DNA of 64,000 nucleotides from an uncultured bacterium (lineage in GTDB: Bacteria; Patescibacteriota; Gracilibacteria; Absconditabacterales; Absconditicoccaceae). The notes below the pieces were generated by a model, which did not search any database, was not told the origin of the DNA, and saw only the letters and a list, made by a program, of their open reading frames with translations. Each line of letters opens with the position of its first letter. The first letter of the stretch is position 1. Below are positions 1 through 11,357 of this stretch, one piece after another. The stretch covers positions 60-64,059 of the forward strand of contig CAMOEC010000043.1 in assembly GCA_946611795.1 (NCBI GenBank), given 5' to 3'. A program made the translations under genes and the position numbers.

Positions 1-1
1 T

Positions 2-73
2 GTACAAGTTGAAATGTTAGGAAGATTGACTCCTGTAGCTGTTGCTATTGATCAAATAGAACTAGCAAATTAA
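2..73 (+). CDS. nusG: NusG transcription elongation/antitermination factor, C-terminal end only (5' part outside window)
   Basis: Frame 2 reads VQVEMLGRLTPVAVAIDQIELAN then TAA (71-73). This resembles the KOW-domain C-terminus of NusG (E. coli, from memory: ...[22 protein letters not shown]). It lies upstream of rplK-rplA as in the conserved nusG-rplKA cluster. Confidence 0.7.
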   Translation, partial: VQVEMLGRLTPVAVAIDQIELAN

Positions 74-88
74 TCTTTATATGAACCA

Positions 89-844
89 TTGCAAATGGAA
101 AGAGAAAAAAGGCTGGTTACTTTATCAATGGTTGTGCTCTTCTTTAGCTTGATAGTGGTGTATTCTATGTTTTATCAAGTTAAGGGGGCGGCGGTTTTTG
201 GAACTTTACGTTCTATCCCATCGTCTTCAAGTAGAACAACATTAGCAGAGAAACGCGCTCAGACAGAAAGTCAGAGTGTTGATACCTTTGCTGTTGAATC
301 AACTTGAGCTTCAACGGTGTTGGATAATTGAAAGGTGCAGTTCCATGAAAATCGTTTTGTAGAAGAATGAGATTCTTTCTCAGATATCTCAGCTTGGAAT
401 GATGCAAGTCAAGCTGTAGTTAATAATTGAAGTTTCCAGAATGCTTCAGCTGGAACTACTTCAAATTTGGGTGGTAATGGTCCTACAATTCTATCTGGTA
501 CAGATTTATATTTCTGAGCCGTTGATAGTATTGAGCTTCTTGGACTTGAACCGGAGTATATTTTGAAGGATTACAAAGGCTTTTATTATTCAAAATTTGC
601 TAAAGAACCATTTCTGAGAACTACTGTTCAAAAGTTATGAGGTAATATTTACGAAATAACTTCTGATGCGGAATTGGTTAAGAATGAGCTTTTTGGAGAT
701 AAGATTAGCTTTATTAATCTTCCAGATTACAAAAACAAATTGGTGATTATGTGATTAACTATTAATGGTCAATATTGGTTGATACAGATGGGTTATGATA
801 AATATCACCATGCAAAAGAGTATTTAAAAAATTTATTTATTTAG
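89..844 (+). CDS. hypothetical membrane-anchored protein inserted between nusG and rplK
   Basis: ATG at 89, TAG at 842-844, 252 codons with 8 in-frame TGA read as Gly. The N-terminus has one hydrophobic helix (LVTLSMVVLFFSLIVVYSMFY). I recognise no family. Confidence 0.5.
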
Positions 845-856
845 GTTATTGTTAAT

Positions 857-1297
857 ATGGCAAAAGTACAAAAAATCTTGAATATTGAAGTGCCTGCTGG
901 AAAAGCAACACCAACTCCACCTCTTGGACCTATGCTTTGAGCAAATGGAGTTAATATTGGACAATTTACAAAAGAGTTTAATGAAAAAACTGCTGATTTA
1001 ATGAGACAATTCGGTGGAATTGAAGTAAAAATTAAGGTTAAGTTAACTGTTTATGTAGATAGAACTTTTTCTATGGAAATTGGTACACCTATTACTTCAG
1101 GTCTTATTAAATGGAGAATTAATCAAAATCTTTGATCAGGAGAACCTAATAAAAAGAAGGTTGGTAAATTAACTAGAGCTGATTTAGAAGCTATTTATGA
1201 GTTGAAGAAATCAGATCTTAATGCTAATTCTCCTGAAGAAGGATATAGAATTATTGCAGGTACTGCAAGAAATATGGGAGTTGATGTAGAATTATAA
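857..1297 (+). CDS. rplK: 50S ribosomal protein L11
   Basis: [27 protein letters not shown][TGA]ANGVNIGQF... aligns to the conserved PPVGPALGQ.GVNI motif with TGA at the invariant Gly. A second TGA falls in the G-S-G-E-P-N-K motif. 147 codons, TAA at 1295-1297. Confidence 0.97.
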
Positions 1298-1357
1298 TAT
1301 CACTCGTGGGAGACTTATGTCGATAAAACCACTTTTATTCTTATTATTTGTATAACA

Positions 1358-2035
1358 ATGAAACACGGAAAGAAGTATGAAGAAGCTAAAAAGCTTGTTG
1401 ATAAATCAAAGGCTTATTCATTAGCTGAAGCTGTTGATCTATTAAAAAAGGTTAATTATGCTAAATTTGATGCAGGTATTGAAATTGCAATCAAAACTAA
1501 CGCTAATCCAAAGTATAATGATCAAATGTTAAGAGCTACAACTATTCTTCCTCATGGAACTTGAAAAACTAAGAAAGTAGCTGTATTCACAACAGATGAT
1601 AAAGTTGAAGAAGCTAAAAAGGCTGGTGCTGATGTTGCTGGTCACGATTCACTTCTTGCTAATATTAAAGAAGGTAAAATGGATTTTGATGTATTGATTA
1701 CATCTCCAGATTTAATTAGAGAATTAGCTCCTGTTGCTAAACAACTTGGACCTAAAGGATTAATGCCTTCTCCAAAAGCTGGTACTGTTGCAGTAAATAT
1801 TGCACAAGCAGTTGAAGAAACAAAGAAAGGTAAGATTGAGTTCAGACTTGATAAAACAGGTAATATTCATGCATTAGTTTGAAAATTATCTTTTGATAAT
1901 GCAAAGTTAGTTGAAAATGTTCAAGCTTTATTAAAGGCTATTGAAGATAACAAGCCAACTGGAGTTAAAGGTAAATTAGTTAAGAAGGTTGTTATTGCTT
2001 CAACTATGTCTCCTGGAATTCAAATTGAATACTAG
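1358..2035 (+). CDS. rplA: 50S ribosomal protein L1
   Basis: MKHGKKYEEAKKLVDKSKAYSLAEAV... LPHGT[TGA]K matches the conserved LPHGTG. IHALV[TGA]KLSFD matches IHTTIGKVDFD of E. coli L1. 226 codons, TAG at 2033-2035. Confidence 0.97.
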
Positions 2036-2062
2036 AATATTTGTTATCAAAATAAAGGAATG

Positions 2063-2087
2063 CCAAGATCTTGTTATCTTGGTTTTT
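2063..2087 (+). terminator. rho-independent terminator after rplA
   Basis: Stem ccaagat (2063-2069), loop cttgtt, stem atcttgg (2076-2082), followed by ttttt. Confidence 0.8.
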
Positions 2088-2124
2088 CTTTTTGTCGAAA
2101 TTTTTTGAAATTAAAGCCGATTTT

Positions 2125-2153
2125 TTGACATTTTTTGTTTTTTTTAGTATAAT
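2125..2153 (+). promoter_or_regulatory. sigma70-type promoter for the 2189-4807 gene
   Basis: Perfect TTGACA (2125-2130), 17-nt spacer, perfect TATAAT (2148-2153), about 35 nt upstream of the ATG at 2189. Confidence 0.65.
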
Positions 2154-2188
2154 TTTAAAAAGGATTTTTATATTTTGTTTCTGTTAAT

Positions 2189-4807
2189 ATGTCTGGTACT
2201 TTAGATGAAGAAAATAGGAGTGTTGATACACATGAGTCTGTTGGAAATTGAGAACAAAATGATGTTTTGTCTGAATCAACAAAAGAACAGCAAGGTTTAG
2301 AAACTGCTATTTTTAGTGAAAGATATAAAACTGAGAGGGGTATGCTTAAAGTGGAAGTTTCTTTAGAGCCAATGGAATCTGAAAAGTCGTCAGAAGAAGC
2401 AAAGAAAGCAGAAGAAGCAAAGAAAGCAGAAGAAGCAAAGAAAGCAGAAGAAGTAAAGAAAGCAGAAGAAGCTAAGAAAGCTGAAGAAGCAAAAAAGGCT
2501 GAGGAAGCAAAGAAGGCTGAGGAAGCAAAGAAAGCTGAGGAAGCAAAGAAGGCTGAGGAAGCAAAGAAAGCTGAGGAAGCAAAGAAGGCAGAAGAAGCAA
2601 AGAAAGCTGAAGAAGCAAAAAAGGCTGAGGAAGCTAAGAAAGCAGCAGAGACTCAATCAACTGCAACACAAGCAGCAGAGACTCAATCAACTGCAACACA
2701 AGCAGCAGAGACTCAATCAACTGCAACACAAGCAACAGAGGCTCAATCAACTACAACACAAGTAGCAGAGACTCAATCAACTGCAACACAAGCAACAGAG
2801 GCTCAATCAACTACAACACAAGAAGCAGAATCTGAAGCTCCATTACCAGAATCAAATGAGTGAAAATATAATGAGATGCTTTCTCTTATGCAATGATTAT
2901 CTGCAGAACTTCAATCTGTATGAACAGGTCCAGTTGCTTTGACATGAGAGCAGATGAAAAAATTAAATCGTATTACTTTGTTACGTGCTCCATTTTTTTG
3001 AGCTCCAATGTCAAATGATCAAGCAAGAGAGGCATGAAGGGAGGATATTCTTACTTGAGAAGATTTGAAGAATAAAAAAACTTTAAAAAAAGCGTGAAAA
3101 AGGTTTGATGATCTGGCGAAAGATGAGAAAAGCTATAGAAAACAATTAGATAAAACTATTGATAAGTATGCAAAGTATTTGAATGAAAAAAATGCAACTA
3201 ATCGTAGTTTGCATATTGCGCAATGATTAACTGTTTTAAATGAAAGATTGGAGGCTTGAGAATATATTGATCATACATATGCTTTATTACCAAATGTTTC
3301 ACCATTAGTTTTAAATCTTTGTAGTAAGAAAAATCAAAAAGCATTAGCTTGTTGAAATCGTATTCAAGTAATGCATAACTGAAGACAAATTGAAGTCTAC
3401 CCTCAATCAATGGTTACTTCAGCTTGAAGAGCTTGAGAATATTTTGCGTCTTGTTGAACATGATATTCAAATATTTTTGAAAAATTCTTAGTTGAAAATA
3501 CGAAAATGACTCAGTGACAAGCAAGTAGTATGATTAATATGTGACTTATTGCTTGAGCCCTCACTGCTTGATATTTCTTATTTACTAAAAAGGAATGATG
3601 AGAGAGAAAATTTGCTTTCCCTTCTTTATGAAAATTAGCTTGACTTATCTGAATTCCTATTCTTGCTAATTATGCATCTCAAATGACTACTTGAAATTCT
3701 TTATTAGATAATCTTAGTAGACTTTGGAGAACTTGAGAATTCCCTTGGAGTTCATCAGAGAGCTTACCTACTTCTGAACAGTTCGCTTCACAACAAGTGA
3801 TGTGACAATTTGTTCTTTTGTGAGTGCCTAAAAAAGCAATAAAACAGTATTGAACATTTACGAACGGAAAATTAACGAAGCTTAATCTTTGAAATTATAC
3901 AAATTATCTTTGATTATTAGAAAATGATCAGTCTATTTCTGCAGATCTTAGAACAAGATATTGAATGCAAAGACTTGCAGTTGAAAGAATTATGAAAGAC
4001 AATTGAGCATCTATTGCATTAAATAATTATATTGCATCATTGTGAATTACAAAAAGTGAGTTAGAGGCTGATGGTGATGGTGTTTTGGATGATCGTTTAT
4101 CAGAAACAAGAGCAAAATATCAAAAAATGCTAGATTATGTTTCTGCTAGATGACTTGAAATTGATGCTTCAAAGAAAGATAAAGTATTAGATGCATTAAA
4201 AGAAAAAGATGTTGATGATAAATTATTTGATAAATTGAAGGAAGAATGATGCTTTATCCCTAATCCTAATGATGAAAGGTATAAAGAAATCTCAAAGTTA
4301 AATATATCAAATGAGAAGAAAATAAAGATTTGTGAAGCTTTTAAGAAGTTAAGTGATGAATGAACAAAATTTGGTCAAATAAAATTAGAAGTAGTTAATA
4401 ACCAAATTCAATTAACATCTTGAGCAGAAGAGCATAAAATTCTATTGAATACTGATAACACTATTGATAATCTTGTCAATGCGTGAGGTACTAAATTAGA
4501 ATTTAAGTCTGAGGAGGAATTGTTGAGAATGTGATTATTTATCAATTATTTAAGATCAACATGGTGGAAAGAGACTCCTGATGCTCAACATAAAAAGAAT
4601 CCTTTTGTTTTGAGTGGTGGTATTAAGTTTTGGGAAGATCTTCAATTTATGAAACCTTGAGAAAATAAAGATACAGTTCTTTCAAGTATGGTTCCTTTCT
4701 TTAGTGAAATGGCAAGTAAGTTCCCTACGATAGAAGAAAAGGCAAATAGAGAGTTCTTGAAAGATTATTTGAATAAACTTTGGGAAAATGAACATCCTTG
4801 AATTTAA
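2189..4807 (+). CDS. large repeat-containing membrane-associated hypothetical protein (872 aa)
   Basis: ATG at 2189, same frame as track ORF 2267-2863, runs through about 60 in-frame TGA to TAA at 4805-4807. It has an acidic N-terminus, two tandem-repeat arrays, then hydrophobic segments (e.g. MINMGLIAGALTAGYFLF, LAGLIGIPILANYASQM) and a long K/E/D-rich tail. No family recognised. Confidence 0.7.
2392..2643 (+). repeat. in-frame 18-nt tandem repeat, about 14 copies (AEEAKK)
   Basis: gcagaagaagcaaagaaa-type units are directly visible. They translate to EEAKKAEEAKKAEEAKKAEEVKKA... in track ORF 2267-2863. Confidence 0.95.
2641..2820 (+). repeat. in-frame 30-nt tandem repeat, 6 copies (AAETQSTATQ and variants)
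   Basis: gcagcagagactcaatcaactgcaacacaa is repeated three times exactly. Three diverged copies follow (ATEAQSTTTQ / VAETQSTATQ). Confidence 0.95.
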
Positions 4808-4842
4808 GTAAAATTATTATTTTAATCTATAATATATTAAAG

Positions 4843-5304
4843 ATGAGAAAATCAATTGATTACAAAGAGACTGGTAGAAAATTTAAAATCGCTCTTTGAG
4901 CTTCGGCTGCAGCATTGTTACTTACTTTAACAAGTTGTAAGAATGCACAAAAAGATTATGAAGAGTGAGTAACTAGTGAAAAATTAGCTAAAAATGATGC
5001 AAAAATTAAGAGTTTAAAAGATTCTTATGAATTTTATTATCAAGAAATCCAACGTCGTCAAAAGAATCTTTTGGCACTAGAAGCTGCTTGAGATATTGCA
5101 TGAGCAAAAAAAGAAAGAGAAAGAATTAAGGAATTAATCGATGCTTTGAAAGATACAGAAGAAGCAATAGATGAAGCTTCTAATGATAAAGTAGATCTTG
5201 ATAAATATAATCAAGAAGGTAAGGTCGCTTCTGAAACAGAGGCTGCAGGTTGAGTTTGAGGTGTTATTATCCCTCCTCATAGAACATTTGGTGAAACAAA
5301 TTAG
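4843..5304 (+). CDS. lipoprotein, coiled-coil rich (153 aa)
   Basis: MRKSIDYKETGRKFKIALGASAAALLLTLTSCKN carries a lipobox L-T-S-C. The remainder is K/E-rich. 154 codons, TAG at 5302-5304. Confidence 0.65.
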
Positions 5305-6506
5305 TTTTTCTTTCATCTAATTCGCATTCAGTCTCAGAAACTATAGAAGTGATATCAATTTTTGATTGCTTTTTCATATGCATTTAGAAGATTTTCTCTT
5401 CACATAAAAGCTGAAATAAGCATCATTAAAGATGTTTTAGGAAGATGAAAATTTGTTATTAACTCATCTACAAGATAGAAAGGAATTCATGGTCTAATAA
5501 ATAGTCTTGTTTGGATGATAGATTCTCAGTTTCCGTTTTCTTGAATGGTTTGTTCTGGTACAAATTCATTAATCCTATTTTCATCGAGGTCCTTTGTAAG
5601 ATTATCCCATCGATTTATTGTTTTTGAATCAATATCTTTAATATAATTAGTATTCCTCAAGTATTTTCGGATATATGGTAATGATTCTAAATATCTTATC
5701 ATTGTTGTTCCGACAGGGAGGAATACTTTTTTTTCTTCTTTCTTTTCTTTTATAAATTTTCGTATCTCTTTAGAAATAATCATTGGTTCAAAGTGTAGTT
5801 TTTGGTTCTCTATATTCTCTTCATATACTGGTTTAAAAGTTCAGAGTCAAACGTGTAAACAAAGATATTTAAGCTCGACATCTTTTTCTTCAAGTTGTTT
5901 TATTAATTCAGGTGTAAAGTGGAGCGATGCTGTAGGAGCAGCGGCTGATCATATTTCTTCTGCAAAGAATGTTTGATATCGTTGTTCTTTTTCTTTTTCG
6001 TATTTTATGTATGGAGGTAGAGGCATTTCTCATATCTTTTCTAGAAAAGAAAATATTGTTTGATTTGTTATTTCAAAAAGTATTCAGTTTTCAGTGAATT
6101 CAATGCTTTCTAAAACAGTATTGTCTTTGAAGAAAATTTTACTTCATGGTTTGAAGTTCTTACTATCTGAAACTAAGCATTCAAATCTTTTTTCGGTAAT
6201 AATACGATAAACAAATATTTCTCAATGATCTATGATAACTTCTTTTCAGCTTTTTCTTATAATTTTTTCTCCTTCAAGAGGAATCCTTGCTTTAAAAACC
6301 TTTGTTCTATTTAAAAATATGAGGTAGTTGTTATTTAAGTATGTAGGTAGTTGTATAAAACTTGAATCTTCTATTGTGTAATTTCATTCTTTTGGATTTA
6401 AAACCATCATTTTAGCGTTGTGTGCTGGAATTGATGGCTTTTGTGCTATAAGATTTTCTGGAAGTTCATAGTTATATGAAGAGAGGAGTGTATCTGTATT
6501 TATCAT
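5301..6506 (-). CDS. queA: S-adenosylmethionine:tRNA ribosyltransferase-isomerase
   Basis: [24 protein letters not shown]..., [42 protein letters not shown] and YHFYSFGDGM are all QueA hallmark motifs. Track ORF 5526-5783 is one fragment in the same frame. Length 402 codons, TAA at 5301-5303. Confidence 0.9.
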
Positions 6507-6630
6507 ACTCGTTTTATGTTCTAAATTGTTGGGAAAATGATATGTTTTTCACTTTTAAAATCAATTATTGGCACAAAAAAAACTTGGTAATTATTTCCAA
6601 GTTCTGTGTTTATTTATGTTTTTGTTTAAG

Positions 6631-7092
6631 TTATTTTGTATTCTTTTTTTCTCTTTTCATAAGCATGTTATGAATATCCATTCTCGTTTTGCTTGCGTTA
6701 CAGAATTCGTCTATGCTAAGAATAAGTACTCATTTTATTCATTGGATTAGTGTTAGTAGTTCATAACCATTTTCAGAAAGTTTTTTGTTATATAGTTTTT
6801 CTTTTTCTTTGCTGAGTTTCTTTTCTGGAGCAAAGAAATAGTTTAATTCTTTTGGAGAAGATTCTTTCTTATCTCATTTCCCTGTGCATAAGTTATCTAT
6901 TTTTTCAGTATTTTGATTATTTAAAAATATTAAGTATTCACAAAAAGAATCCATATTTTTCTCAATATTTTTTAATTTATACCAATGAAGGTATCTTAAG
7001 GAAGCAATTACTTCTTCTTTAATATATCATGCAATATTTAAAGAATTAATTTGCTTACTTATTTTTTCTAAAAGTTCTTCAGTTTTCGTCAT
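6631..7092 (-). CDS. hypothetical protein (153 aa)
   Basis: ATG at 7092. The frame was scanned triplet by triplet and the first TAA/TAG is at 6631-6633. It contains 4 in-frame TGA. Sequence begins MTKTEELLEKISKQINSLNIAGYIKEEV... No family recognised. Confidence 0.5.
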
Positions 7093-7121
7093 TAATCTTC
7101 TTCAAATTTATAAAGATTCAT

Positions 7122-7856
7122 CTACTTTCCCAAAGTTATGGTTTTTATTTCTACATGTTGTTTTAGATAGCTTAGGAGCATTTCATCGTGAGTTACAAGA
7201 ACGATTGTGTTCCCGATTTGGTTTGCTTTAATAAGAATATCAGCAATTTGAAGAGTGTTTTCATGATCAAGATTTCCTGTTGGTTCATCTGCAATAATGA
7301 AATCAGGAGCATGAATAAGAGCTCTAGCCATTGCTACTTTTTGTTTTTCTCAACCACTTAGTTTTTTGATTTCTGTTGTTTCAATACTTGAAATATCAAG
7401 AAGTTTATTTACGGCATCGTATTTTTTCTTGATAGTTGGAAGTGGTGTTGAATCTAAAACTAGTGGATATATAATGTTTTGTTTTGGTGTTAAACTATTA
7501 ATTAATTGATAATCTTGAAAGATAATACCAATTTTTCTTCTATATCTTTGGATTTCATCATCTCAGAATTCTGACATATCTTCCATTTTGTAGTATAGAG
7601 TCTTTTTATATGGTTTGATTTGACCGATAAGAAATTTTACTAATGTTGATTTACCTGTTCATGATTTCCCTGTGATTACAGTAAAATCTCATTTCTTAAG
7701 GTTGAAATTGAATTTTTTAAATAGAATTTTTTTACTTTCATCGTATCCCCAAGTCATATCATGGATCCAAATTAGAGGAATGTTAGCAGCATCCTTAGGG
7801 TTATTAAATTTTACTTCTTCATTTTGTTTTTCATCAGTCATGATGTATGATATCAT
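7122..7856 (-). CDS. ABC transporter ATP-binding protein (FtsE/LolD-like)
   Basis: Walker A GKS[TGA]TGKST, signature LSG[TGA]EKQKV, Walker B FIIADEPTGNLD, H-loop VLVTHD. Extends track ORF 7122-7331 in the same frame. TAG stop at 7122-7124. An alternative ATG lies at 7841. Confidence 0.88.
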
Positions 7857-7999
7857 AAATTAAAAGTTTATATTTTTTACTTATTGTAAGTATATCCTTA
7901 TAAAAACTAATTTTCAAAATATAATAAGAGTTTAAATGTTTTGAGCTTGACAAATTTTTTGAGTGTATATTGTCACATATTATATCAATTTTTTAAGTA

Positions 8000-9715
8000 T
8001 TATTTATTTTTACTCAGTTCTCAGAATAATGATTCTCTGCTTTTTTCTTTTAATTCTTCTATCTGTTTTGTTTTATTTTTAAGGAACTTTTCTACATCTA
8101 ATCCGAATTCATCTAATATTATTTTTGTATGATTTGCTCAGATATAATGTGGCATAATTACATAGTCCATTCCTTTTTCATATAGTGTTATTGCTTCATT
8201 TAATTGTGTAGCAACACATATAATAATTAGATTTGGATCTTTTTCTTTTAAGACTCAAATTAATGCTTGATTAACATCAATACTTGTGATGGTAGAGATA
8301 ACCATTTTTGTTCAAGTTAGATTTATTTCTTGTAAGAATTCTAGATCTAAGGCATCTCAATATAAACAGTCTATTCCTTTTGTATTAAGTTGATTAATAA
8401 CTCATGGATGTTCATCAATTACTAGGATATTATATTTCTTTGTTTGAAAATGTTTGTATAATTCTGATCAAAGTCTTCAGTATCAGAACATTATAATATC
8501 GTTTGGAGTACCTAGTTTTTCTTGGTTCTTTTTTATATTATTTCCTGGTATGTATTTTTGTAATTTTCATAGTTTTTTAAAGATGTTTAGGTTGTAGGTT
8601 GTTGTATATCAAGAGATTAAGATACTTATGATTCAGATTATTGTTATCATTGTTAGTAGATTCGGGTCTTTGATTATTCAATTTGTTATACCCATTGTTA
8701 TAAGAATGAAAGAGAATTCACTCATTGGAATTTCTGCAATTCATGTAAGAAAGCTGTTCTTTTTTACATGTCATATTAGTTTTAATAGTCGCATTGTTAT
8801 ATATGGTTTTACAATTACAACTAAGAATAATCATGCAGCTATAAAGTATCGGTTAATATTTCAATTAAATGAAAGATTAGATCAAAGAAGTACAAAGTAG
8901 ATTACTATGAAGAAATCTTTTAGTACTTTCATTTTACTTGTTATTTCAAATCTATATGGAGAAGAAGCTAATGTAATTCATGCAAATAAAGCTCCTATTT
9001 CCATTCAGAATCCAAGTAATTCAAAGCAGGTTGAAACTATGAAACATCGACCAATTGAAAATAATAGTAAAAATTCTTGTGATTCAGCTATTATTTTTGT
9101 TATAGGAGGTAGTAAATATTTAGTAGATATTACTATTCCCAATAGGATTCAAATAATTTTAATAAGTAGAATTCATGCTGTATGGATGATGCTTTCTCAT
9201 CATAATGCTGAAAATGTTGCAACAATAGACATAAATAGCATTACAAAGATATCTTGAGAAACAGATATTCAAACCGATAATCTTCAATATGTTGAATCTA
9301 AGTCTTCTTTATCTCAGAGCAATTTTAGAATTACGATTGTTGAACTTAATGCTGTTGCTGTTCCAATATATAATGAGGTCATAAAATCAAATCAAAAGAG
9401 AAACCCAGTTATAAATCAAATACAACTACTTCCTATTACTTGAAGTATTCATACCATAACGGTTTTACTTCAGAGTCATTGGATTGTCGCTGGATTTAAT
9501 TCGGTTCATATAATAAAGAGAAGGAATACAATTCATACTTGTGAAAAGTTATTTAAGAATTCATATTTATTAAAGAAATTCGGAAAAATAAAAGCAATGA
9601 TTGTTCATGCTAAGATATAAGCAATAATCGTTGGCTGTTTCAATGCTTTCATAACTCATAGGGAAAGCAAAACAACTCATAAGATAACTGAGAATGATAA
9701 AAAGAATTGGTCCAT
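8000..9715 (-). CDS. CPA2-family cation:proton antiporter with C-terminal RCK/TrkA-N domain (Kef-like)
   Basis: 571 aa. The N-terminal two thirds are polytopic and hydrophobic (MDQFFLSFSVILGVVLLSLGVMKALKQPTIIAYILAGTII...). The C-terminus has the Rossmann motif IIMFGYGRLGSELY, with TGA-encoded Gly residues. TAA at 8000-8002. Confidence 0.8.
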
Positions 9716-9902
9716 TTATTTTTTTGTTATAAATAATTAATTAGAGTATAGTTAGAAAATGGCATTTTATCAAATTTTAACCTTATTATTTGATTTTATG
9801 GGTTGACTTTATCTTATATTTGTTTTTGATTTTTGTTTTAAATTTTATGGAAAATTGTCTCTATTTATATAGAGTAGATTTTGTTTATTTTAGTAGTTGT
9901 TG

Positions 9903-11276
9903 ATGGAATTAGATAAAGCGAATTCTGTTGAGTATGAATTATATATTAAAGGTTTAAGTGAGGATGCTGTAAGAGCTATTTCTCGTGATTTGAATGAACC
10001 TGAATGGATGTTAGAAAAGAGGTTAGAATCTCTTAAGATTTTTTATTCTCTTGAAATGCCTCATTATTGACCTCATATCTCAGATTTAGATTTTGATAAT
10101 ATTGTTTATTATGCAAAGCCTAAGATTGGTTCTAAGACTTATGCAAATGATTGGAATGATGTCCCTGAAGAAATAAAATCAACATTTTTAAAATTATGAA
10201 TTCCAGAATCTGAGGCAAAGTATTTGGCTTGAGCTTGATGACAATTTGATTCAACTGCAATTTATCATAAGATTAAAGAGGTTTGGAAAGAACAGTGAAT
10301 TATATTTGAAGATTTATCTCATGCATTAAATGAGTATCCGGATTTAGTTAAAGAGCATTTTATGCATATCGTTCCTCCTACTGATCATAAGTTCGCAGCT
10401 CTTCATTGAGCGGTTTGGAGTTGATGAAGTTTTGTCTATATCCCTAAATGAGTGAAGTTAACTCAACCATTGCAGGCATATTTTCGTATGAATACTTTTT
10501 TAGGAGGGCAATTCGAGCATACTATTATTATTCTTGAAGATGAATCAGAGGCTCAATATATTGAAGGATGTTCTGCTCCAAAATATAATCAGTTGTCTCT
10601 TCATGCATGATGTGTTGAAATCTATGTTTGAAAAAATGCTAAGATGAGATATTCATCAGTTGAGAATCGGTCAACGAACACCTATAATTTGAATACTAAA
10701 AGGGCAGTTGTTGATGATAATTGAATAATGGAATGGGTTTGATGAAATCTTGGTTCTTGAGCTACTATGTTATATCCATGTTCTATATTAAAATGAGATT
10801 GATCTAAATCAGATAATCTTTCTGTCGTTATGGCTTCTACCTGACAAGATCAGGATGTTTGAGCTAAAGTTATTCATTTATGAAAGAATACTTCTTCTAA
10901 TATTGTATCAAAATCAATTTCATTAAACTGAGGAATTAATACTTATAGATGAATTGTTAAGGTTTGAAAAAATGCTGAAAATGCTGTATGTGCAGTAAAT
11001 TGTGATGCTTTGATATTGGATGAAAAATCTGTTAGTAAAACGATTCCATTAATAGATTGTGAGAATGCTTCTGCTTTAATATCTCATGAGGCTTCTGCTG
11101 GTAAAGTGGATGAAAATCAAGTTTTTTATCTAATGAGTAAAGGAATTCCTCGTGAGAAGGCAATGTCTTTGTTGGTTAATTGATTTGTTTCTTCTGTTAT
11201 AAGACAGCTTCCGTTAGAATATGCTTGAGAATTAAATCGTTTAATAGAGTTAGAAATGGAGGGAAGTGTATGATAG
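9903..11276 (+). CDS. sufB: Fe-S cluster assembly protein SufB
   Basis: MELDKANSVEYELYIKGLSEDAVRAISRDLNEPEWMLEKRLESLKIF..., FVYIPKGVKL, GGQFEHTIIILEDESEAQYIEGCSAP, HEASAGKVDENQVFYLMSKGIPREKAMSLLVNGF. 458 codons, ends TGA-TAG with the real stop TAG at 11274-11276. Confidence 0.93.
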
Positions 11277-11357
11277 ATTTTTTTGAAAATTGCTTGCATT
11301 TATTGGCTTTTTATATAGCTTTTATTTGTTATTCTTATTTATATTTTTGATAGTTTG

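Noticed and set aside
2392-2820. Regular short tandem repeats that might be taken for a CRISPR array.
   Set aside because: The units are contiguous with no unique spacers. The periods are 18 and 30 nt, in frame, inside a long ORF, and encode AEEAKK and AAETQSTATQ. No cas genes are present.
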